64,000 nt of DNA from Octopus vulgaris (Eukaryota), in contig OX597821.1 of assembly GCA_951406725.2 (NCBI GenBank), positions 62,682,001-62,746,000 of the forward strand, read 5' to 3'. This document shows, in pieces, positions 55,213 to 64,000 of the stretch. Every line of letters begins with the position of its first letter. The stretch's first letter is position 1. Below the pieces are notes generated by a model that did no database searches, was not told the origin of the DNA, and saw only the letters and a list, made by a program, of their open reading frames with translations. The position numbers and the translations under genes are program-made.

Positions 55213-57057
55213 GAGAGAGAGAGAGAGAGAGAGAAAGAGATAGATAGATTGATATTACACATATTTATATGTATATATGTGTGTGTATGTGCATGAAATT
55301 CACAATGCACACTATGCAATAAGTGATGTGTCTACGAACGTAGAATTACTTACCAGCTACGTAGTACATAAACAAATATTTTGAACAATTTTGTATACAT
55401 TTCATTTTTTTCCCTGGTATCATACAATTGTCAGTTCTGACATTTTTTCTAAATGTTTTCAAGGCTAATTATATATTAAATGCCAGATATTTCACAGATT
55501 TATTCTTAAATCCGTTAAATATGACGCGTGCCGCTTTGTCGAAAATATTTATTAATACTTAATACAACTTTACCTCCTGAGCTATTTATTTTAAACGTAA
55601 CATCCCATTTATTGCATCAGTTTCAATAATATATATTTATAATTACTGCTTCATTTTTAGCTGACAGTTTGTTTACAGTATTTAAACGCATTTCCCTATT
55701 GAGGATATTTCAATTGCTGCTTTTAAATTAAATTTACTCAAGGAAAACTAAACAAACCTTTCTAATACGGAACGTCGCTATTGGGTCTTTCTATTTTATA
55801 TACATTGAAATGACAAATATTAAATAAGATTTCTTTATTGAAAGGTTATCTGTCAATATCCCGAGTAAAGCATTTTTTAAAAAATTTTATCATATAGAAT
55901 TTGCTGAAAATTTCAACAGAATGGTTAATTCATGAAAGTTTGAAGCATGCCATCCTGTGTTATTAATATATTATTATTCACTTCATTCTAATTGGAAAAT
56001 GTAAACAAAATAGCTGTTAGAAAGAAAGAAAGAAATGAATATAGTCAACTTCACAGTCAACTAGGCATTAATATGCAATTTCCAATTTAATAAAGGGCAA
56101 CGTAGAAAAAATTGAAGATATTTCATTGGTAATATAAACAGGAGCCTTTTAGGCAGTTAGACAAACTAATGTATTTTATATTATTACTGTTAATACAATT
56201 TCAAATCTAGATTTTCCCATTGGATTCAATTGTGCTAAAACCTTGGGAATGACTTCAGTTAATTTCCACCTGTCTATTATTGAATTTAAAATTTATCAGG
56301 TAAACAGACATTTCCTTAGAAGGAGTAGAAAGAAAATTCAAATATTAAAATGTTCTAAACTGAATAAGTAGAAACAACTTCGGGATATTTTCAATGCGAT
56401 ATTTCTAGATACTTAATCAGTAAGATGATGCTTCTATGTTATTACTAAGGTAATGTAATATATTGTAATTAGTTATAGTTAATTAATGCTACGGTTCATT
56501 TTCTCAAGCCTGCAATCACTATCACTATAATTTATTAATTATTTTTCATGCAACATATGTCTCTGAATTTTCACACTTATTCATTTATTAAGTATCACGC
56601 CACGCATAATTCATGGCTGACCTACATATTTCTCCAGACATTTTCATATCTACTGTAACAATATGATTGTCTTACTGATGAGGTCTTATGACTCCGAAAT
56701 GGATCCTGTTTGTTTCCCTACTATTAAGTTTCAAATTTGCTCTCAACTGAATTTTATGTTAATTTCTTTTGCTAGGCCAGAATTAATGAGATTATATCAT
56801 ACACATCAAACATGATATGATTTTAATTCATTAACATTTCAACATTTAATTAAATATGATAACAATTACTTTACTGTCATTTAGTTAGCAATAGTAAAAG
56901 GTGATTAAAATAATGAAGATAATGAATGAAAGATTTTTGTCACATATGAAATAGTTCTATTGAATATGCAGTTGCTATGAATTCATTATATTGTTTAATT
57001 ATGTTATGAAAAAATGCATGTTTGGCATGTGTGTGTGTGTGTGTGTAAGCGTGTGAG

Positions 57058-57295
57058 TGGGGGCGCATGCTTAAGTGGTTAGACCACTGGACGCATGATC
57101 GCAAGGTTGTGGTTTCGTTTCTTCGACCGAGCGATGCGTTGTGTTCTTGAGCAAAGCACCTCATTTCATACTGCTCCAGTTCACACAGCTGCTAAAAATG
57201 AGAAAGTCTGGGACTGGCATGCGACCTGCCCAGTGGGATATACGCCGGAGAAGCCGGGAAACCGACCCTTTGCACGATTCGGAGTAATGTAAACT
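57058..57295 (+). mobile_element. SINE family B (V-domain-like)
   Basis: GGGCGCATGCTTAAGTGGTTAG head, GGTTTCG B-box-like, GTGTTCTTGAGCAAAGCAC..CAGCTG..AAAAATGAG..GGACTGGC..CCGGGAAACCG. Homologous to the reverse complement of 4745-4993. Confidence 0.8.
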
Positions 57296-57346
57296 AGGCA
57301 CGAGAAAGATGACATCCAATCCTCCTTCTTTCTCTTTCTCTCTCTT

Positions 57347-57398
<52 letters not shown>

Positions 57399-58285
57399 CA
57401 GAGAGAGAGAGAGAGAGAGAGACGTGCTTTCATACACATACTCTCACTTCAATGTATTTGGTATGTGTTATTTATTTATTTTGTGTGTGAAAAATTGATC
57501 CAGCCTGCACAAAAGAATAAATTCGCAGGGCAACTATTGAGATGAAAACAAGCACACCACAATACAACGTGTGTCTTTTATCAAAGACCAGCAATTGACA
57601 CTATGCAACATGTTCCTCATCAATAATGAGGTAAATGTATAAACATCTATTGCTTATTGGCATTTTGCCGAAGGACGGAATTACGCTTCAGTCGTAATGG
57701 AGTTGTAAATTAAACTGAGGTTGTATCTCTTTAATTTCAAGAAAGCGCTGGGTGAGTATAGTAATGAAATACGTTGAAACAATTCGCTTGTATTACTTGC
57801 ACCATCTTTTCCAATGTGTACTTTAAGAGAGTTGGGTAAAATTTCGATGAATTTTTGCTGCTACTACTAGCCGGACGAGAAATAGCTGAAATATAAGCAT
57901 TTTTAGGGGTAAAACTTCTTTTTAAGTCATAAATGCGTCTGGTCTTTTCATAAAAAAACAAATACACATTTACATACGAATGTGTGTATGTGTATTTACT
58001 TACAGAAATACAGAAACATATCTACGCATAGTACTAACTTAAGATAGCCTGTAAAATACTTTTAGTTAAATCTTTTGATATTTATTTCTTCAGAAAAATA
58101 ATACAAACATGTCTTTCAATCGAACATCTGGTTACATTTAAAGTCCACTCTCCCAGTGTATGAAATCACACACACACATACGCACTCCTAGAGAAATAAG
58201 AAATAAAAGTGTAATGAATAAATGCATGTGTGACTCACAATTATATATATATAAATATATAAATATATATATAAGCGTAAAATAT

Positions 58286-58383
58286 AGGTGTAGGAGGTAA
58301 GTAGTTCCGGATTCAGTCACATGCGTGCCGACCAAAGCCTTGTGAGTGGATTTGGTTGACGGAAACTGAAAGAAGCCCGTCGC

Positions 58384-58417
<34 letters not shown>

Positions 58418-58610
58418 TTGTGTGTCAACATCGTTTGACAACCAATGCTTGTGTGTTTACGTCTCCATAAATTAGTGGTGCGGCAAAACAGACCGATATT
58501 AGGCTTACAAAGAATAAGTCCTGGTGTCAATTTGCTCGACTAAAGGCGGTGCTCTAGCATGGTCACAGTCAAATGACTGAAACAAATAAAACAGTAAAAT
58601 AATAAAAGAA
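58286..58610 (+). mobile_element. SINE family D with internal (TA)/(TG) microsatellite
   Basis: CCGACCAAAGCCTTGTGAGTGGATTTGGTTGACGGAAACTGAAAGAAGCCCGTCG-(TA)n(TG)n-..AATAAGTCCTGG..CTCGACTAAAGGCGGTGCTC. Confidence 0.85.
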
Positions 58611-59192
58611 AGATATGTTAGTGTGTATATGTATGTGCGCGTATGCGTGTGTGTATGTGTCTCTGTGTATGTGTGTCTGGTTATGTGTAACTTCATATAC
58701 AAATAAATAACCACACGCACATATACGCTCACACACACACATATGTATATACATATGCGTGTATGTATTATGGAAGCTATATGTAATTCAAAGCAATCAC
58801 TGCTTTATGTCATGAGACATCTTTCATGTGGACTTATATGAAGAGATGGTGAGATGAATGCTTTCCCATAGTTAATCAGAACTACGTGTCGGTATGATTG
58901 AATCACCGAAATGTAAGCGTGTGCACTGTTTGTCAGTTTAATATTATGACTGCGTCTTGGTGTTACAGATTGATATTGTCTTCTATGATCGTTACTGGAT
59001 AGAGGTTCATTGCTCATTCATATCAGTCAAATTATATTTGTGTCAAACTCCATCCATACAGGTTACTTAATATTTGTACATTTGATATTTATGCCCAACT
59101 ATTTCTGTACAGAGATGTACATTATCACATCGTATTAAGAAATTAACTAAATCTTGAATATTTCGAGTCGTGTGTGTGTAGGTATGTATATT

Positions 59193-59242
<50 letters not shown>

Positions 59243-59249
<7 letters not shown>

Positions 59250-59378
59250 ATCACGTGACCGACCAGACCATCAGATGTTTTACACATCGCTGGTCACAAT
59301 GCGTTCGCATTGTTTTAGCCTTCGAATGACGCCACCCCGCTGGCTAAGCGAGCAGGCCAACAGTGGTGAAAGAGTACA
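59243..59378 (-). mobile_element. SINE fragment, probably related to family C
   Basis: GC-rich island between TA repeats ending GAAAGAGTACA, whose reverse complement TGTACTCTTT matches 22511-22520. Confidence 0.45.
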
Positions 59379-59845
59379 TATATATATGAGCGTATGTATA
59401 TATGAATAATTAAATTAAAAGGCAACAGGAATTGCGTAATCAACATTCTTAGCGTACATCTGTTTCTTGTATAAGATGTTGCACGCTTATGTTTTCATAA
59501 AGGTCTGAATTATTAAACATACACTCAGTCCTGCGTGTACTACTTTCTATCACAGAAACAACAGTGAGCTAATGATATCGACTGCGTCATTCCTACTACC
59601 CTACTCTGTTCTGAAATTGGTTAACGTTTTATCCTTAAGTACTTGAATTTTGAGTTCTAACAACTGGTTTGTAGTATACCTGTAATCAGGGTAGAACGTT
59701 ATATATAGGGAGTGAGAAAGAGAGAGAGAGAGAGAGATAAAGGCGGAGAGATAGAAAGAGAGAGAGAGAAATGCGATTCATATATGTGTGTATATATATG
59801 TATGTACATATGCATATATATACATATATAATTATATATATTTAT

Positions 59846-59903
<58 letters not shown>

Positions 59904-59921
59904 TGTATACATATACTTATA

Positions 59922-59965
<44 letters not shown>

Positions 59966-60249
59966 CACACACACATATTTATATATATATATAAATTAAA
60001 TTAGAGATAAAACCACTATTAGGCAACTCATATATATATACATTGCGTGTCAAAATGAAATAGTATGCTTCGTGAGAGAATGTGAGAACTCGTGTACTTA
60101 TTATGTAGAGGGCAGTAGACTTACACATAAGTATCAGGGCACTATGATCAACTGAAACTGTGAAAGTAGTAACAATTATATGTCTGAAGCCGGTAAACAA
60201 ACTGTCACGCTAAATAAATATAGAAAAACAAACAAGGACCGCGGGCTCA

Positions 60250-60280
<31 letters not shown>

Positions 60281-60879
60281 TTCTTGTAAGTATGTGATCT
60301 GAGTATAAATAAGTGAGCCAATGTGATTGTAACATCGCGTTTCTTTGTTACTAGAAATGTTCTACTCTACATGTCGTCTTTGAAAATCTCTTGTAATCAA
60401 TGGTTTTATTCATGTCCGTACCAAGTGACCCTAAACAAGTCAAGCAAGAATCTGTTTGTCTGCTTCTAATTCCTTTTGGACAACACTCATTAAATATCTG
60501 ACATTATTAATTGTGTTGTTTAGTCTGTTACTTCAGGCAAAACGCAGCAGCTGTGATTAAAAGCCATCAGTATTTATTCGAGAAATAATTTTGATTAGAT
60601 TAGATTAACAACCTGGATATTAAGAATAGCATTTCAAAGCCGTAATGTGCTCCAATATGGAAATAACATACTCTAATGATCCGTGGAAACATTGAATCTT
60701 CAGTAATATTTATGAAATAGTTGCCTACATATATCCATGTATATGTACATACATACATGCGTGCGCGCGCGTGTGTGCATGTACGTATTGCATATACTTG
60801 GACATGCGTAGGCAGATATTTCATAAATACTAACGAAGAATATATATAAATAAGTGTGTGAGTGTGTGTGTGTTTAGGG

Positions 60880-60887
60880 AGATAGAT

Positions 60888-60974
<87 letters not shown>
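60880..60974. repeat. (GATA)n microsatellite
   Basis: Directly visible tetranucleotide array. Confidence 0.95.
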
Positions 60975-61010
60975 CATGTATTTATATACATACATGCACA
61001 CACATATATA

Positions 61011-61168
61011 GGCGCAGCCGTTGGTATGTGTTGAGAGGTTGCTCCAAGCCACATGGATCCGAGTTCAGTCCCACTGCGTGGCACGTTGGGCAAATATTTT
61101 CCATTTTAGCCTTAGGTCGACCAAATCCTTGTGAGTGGATTTGGTGGACAGAAATTAAAAGAAGCCTG

Positions 61169-61247
<79 letters not shown>

Positions 61248-61457
61248 GTGCATGTTTTTTATCTCCCTTTGTCACACCACCGCTTGACAACTAGTGCTGG
61301 TGTTTACTTCCCTGTAACTTAACGGCTGGTAAGAGAGATCGAGAGAACAGTTACCAGGCTTAAAATGAAAAAAAGTACTGCGGTCGATTCTTTTGATTAA
61401 AGCTTTGATTAAAGCTCTCCAAGGCATGGCCGCAGTATGACTGAAACAAACAAAGGG
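61011..61457 (+). mobile_element. SINE family D, full length, with internal (TA)n
   Basis: tRNA-like head (GAGTTCAGTCCC B-box), GCACGTTGGGCAA, CCTTGTGAGTGGATTTGG, internal (TA)n, and CATGGCCGCAGTATGACTGAAAC 3' end. Confidence 0.85.
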
Positions 61458-61804
61458 CATATATATATATATATACTCATTATGATAATTGCTATTAAGA
61501 AACTGTGGTGATCTCACACAACATAAATACTACATTGACATCAATCTTTCCATCCCTTTTCCATCCTCTTTCGCCGCCCACTAATCCTAGGAGATTCATG
61601 GACGTTGGATCCTCAGACATCTTATTATAGGTTCCTATCAGAAACTTTCATCATACTGTTTCGGACTGGATTCCGAAGCGTGACTATGGATATCATCGGC
61701 TTGAATAATCTGTCATATGATCCTTTCCTGTGAGCTTGTCATTTTGTTCTTTAAAATGTGTAATTAAATGCCAATCCTCCGTAACGTAATATATCTCTTT
61801 CATT

Positions 61805-61874
61805 GAGCAACTATGAATAAGTTGTTTCGAAGAGAATGATCATTCTCTTCGAAACAACTTATTCGAAGTTGCTC
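61805..61874. repeat. Near-perfect palindrome (35-bp arms, no spacer)
   Basis: GAGCAACTATGAATAAGTTGTTTCGAAGAGAATGA|TCATTCTCTTCGAAACAACTTATTCGAAGTTGCTC, with two adjacent mismatches. Confidence 0.95.
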
Positions 61875-63555
61875 GAGCTGCTAGAATCATCAGCCAAATT
61901 TCAGCTATCGCCCTGACGTTAAGAATTCAAAGGACGTGTTACAAAATGTAGTCCTGAGTAAACTAACTCCGAACAGCAATGTTTTTGATCTTCATATCTC
62001 TGCACCAATGAAACAAAGTTGACCTGCGCTAAATAAGAACATTCTAAACAAAATATTTCTAAACAAAATATGACGGCAATCAAAATAATTACCGCATTCA
62101 CATTCAAGTCAGCTACATAATTACTCTCTCTCTCTCTCTCTCTCTGTTCATAGGCCCTGAAATTCTATGGGCACCGTGTAGCTGCTTTAAGAAGTGAATG
62201 AGTTAATTTTCTTTGAAACGTAATGTTTGGTAATGTGTTCAAAAGATGAAACAATAGAAATTATTCAAGGTAATTTTAGTACCATTTTCCCAAATAAATT
62301 ACATGCAAATTACATTAACAGACTATTTTTATAATTATTTTTTAACCAAATATTAATCATTGCCCTTTAAAGTGTTCGTGTATTCGCTCAGCTTTAATGA
62401 TTCCATATTTTGTATAAACGTGTAACAAAATAATGTTATCAAAACCTTATTTCACGACTACTATCACACTAATTTGTGTCGTTTGTATCTGAAGCAAGGA
62501 ATTGATTTTGATTTTTCTAAATAACCTTAGTTAAACGCTAAAGGCTACACAGGGTACATCATATACAATTAAATCCCTTTGGCTAATGTAAATACAAGAA
62601 TTAGTTATAATTATTCAAATATGTTTCATGTCGTTAAGCATCGACATTTGTCAATCTAAGTTCGACCAATGATTTTGCATTCACCATACTTTCTTCGCTG
62701 TTATATAGCGGTTTCTTTAAATATGTAGTAATCATTTAGCATTATCACGTAGAGTACTCATACAAAGATTTAAACAATTCAAACTTATTATCTGTATGTG
62801 ACGGGAAAACAATTTAGAGAATTAAGTTGTGGCAGTTATATGGGGCTTAGCACTTGATATTAAATTTATCGATCTTCATCGCTTTCTATAATACGATGTA
62901 ATTGGAAACAGGCACGGTTCGGTAATTATGCAAATGAAATATTCTTTAATAAATCGAAATACTTGCGAAAAAAATAGAAAAAAAGCATTTTTTTTCAGTT
63001 CGATCAGCGTTCAATTTGTACGGTTGACTAAATAATATTCTCAGATTTAATTTCTCTTTCAAATGAACTTCCATAGCACATTATGATTAAAATTGTAAAT
63101 CCAGTCTTAAATATGTGTAACGCTAACTGAAATCTAGTCCCATAATTTATCTTCCGTTTTGTTTGTGATAACCAGCAAAGTGTAAACACAGCATAACTTT
63201 ATAAATATGATAGAGACTCCTCGGTTCATAGATTGTAATATAACTTCAAATCAAAGGCAATCAGCTTCAGTCTTGGGACGGCTGCTAAAGCTATTTGCCA
63301 TACTGTAACTAACGATCGATTTTAATTGTGTGGTATGATAGCAAACTAATCGAATGTTTAACAGTCTTTTCCGCCATTTCAAATCACATTATCGGAACCT
63401 ACCTAAAGCAACAAAGATGGTCAGCAATGGGTAGCATTTCAGTCAAGAATCTCCTTCCAGCTGTTGAAACAATGAGATGTAATAAGCACCATAGAAATTA
63501 GAAAGCCAACTGGGAAAAAGAAACAAAAATTACGGTGGTCAGATATACTGTTAGA

Positions 63556-63654
<99 letters not shown>

Positions 63655-63665
63655 AATAAATAAAT
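63556..63665. repeat. (TAA)n grading into (TAAA)n
   Basis: Directly visible; probably the tail of the adjacent minus-strand repeat. Confidence 0.95.
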
Positions 63666-63933
63666 AACTGATTGGAAGTGTTGACATGTACATTGTTTTG
63701 TCTTGGTATAAACGATGTGCTACGTCAAATATTCTGCTCACTACCACACATTTGCTTGTTAGTTGTTTGACCTTAACCAGTTGAGCATGTCCCGTGGTGG
63801 ATGACGATATGTGCATATTTGACCACGATCAGAAGTAGTGGGGGAGCTTCATAGTCATGTGTTGAAAGGAACTCTTTGCAGTTTCGATAATTCGACTCCG
63901 GAAACATAAATGTTTTGTTCAACATCTTTAACC
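63666..63933 (-). mobile_element. Interspersed repeat, probable SINE/LINE 3' portion
   Basis: Higher-GC island bounded by simple repeats that resembles, from recall, a common octopus repeat. No second copy in this window. Confidence 0.4.
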
Positions 63934-63965
63934 ATTATTGTTACTAATGCTATTGTTATTATCAT

Positions 63966-64000
<35 letters not shown>

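Noticed and set aside
56674-56706. CTGATGAGGTCTTATGACTCCGAAAT hammerhead-like core
   Set aside because: Core words and a short helix II are present, but helices I and III cannot be formed; at best a heavily decayed remnant.

Overview
This is eukaryotic, very AT-rich, repeat-dense genomic DNA. The compound TA/CA/TACA/GATA/TAA microsatellites and the SINE families resemble an octopus (cephalopod) intronic or intergenic region; that assignment is an inference from recalled repeat motifs, not from a database search. I found no intact, recognisable host protein-coding gene, rRNA, tRNA or CRISPR array, and most ORFs in the track are microsatellite read-through. The supportable content is transposon debris: at least four tRNA-derived SINE families, two chimeric non-autonomous Helitrons, two mariner remnants, a Penelope-like GIY-YIG element plus several pseudo-LTR remnants with decayed hammerhead-ribozyme cores, a Hero-like and two R4/Dong-like restriction-endonuclease retrotransposon remnants (the latter inside TAA arrays), and CR1-like LINE fragments. 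The most notable structures are two near-perfect 70-78 nt palindromes, a recognisable but mutated minimal hammerhead, nested insertions in microsatellites, and a few weak orphan exon or enhancer candidates. I could not support a novel biological system from sequence alone.
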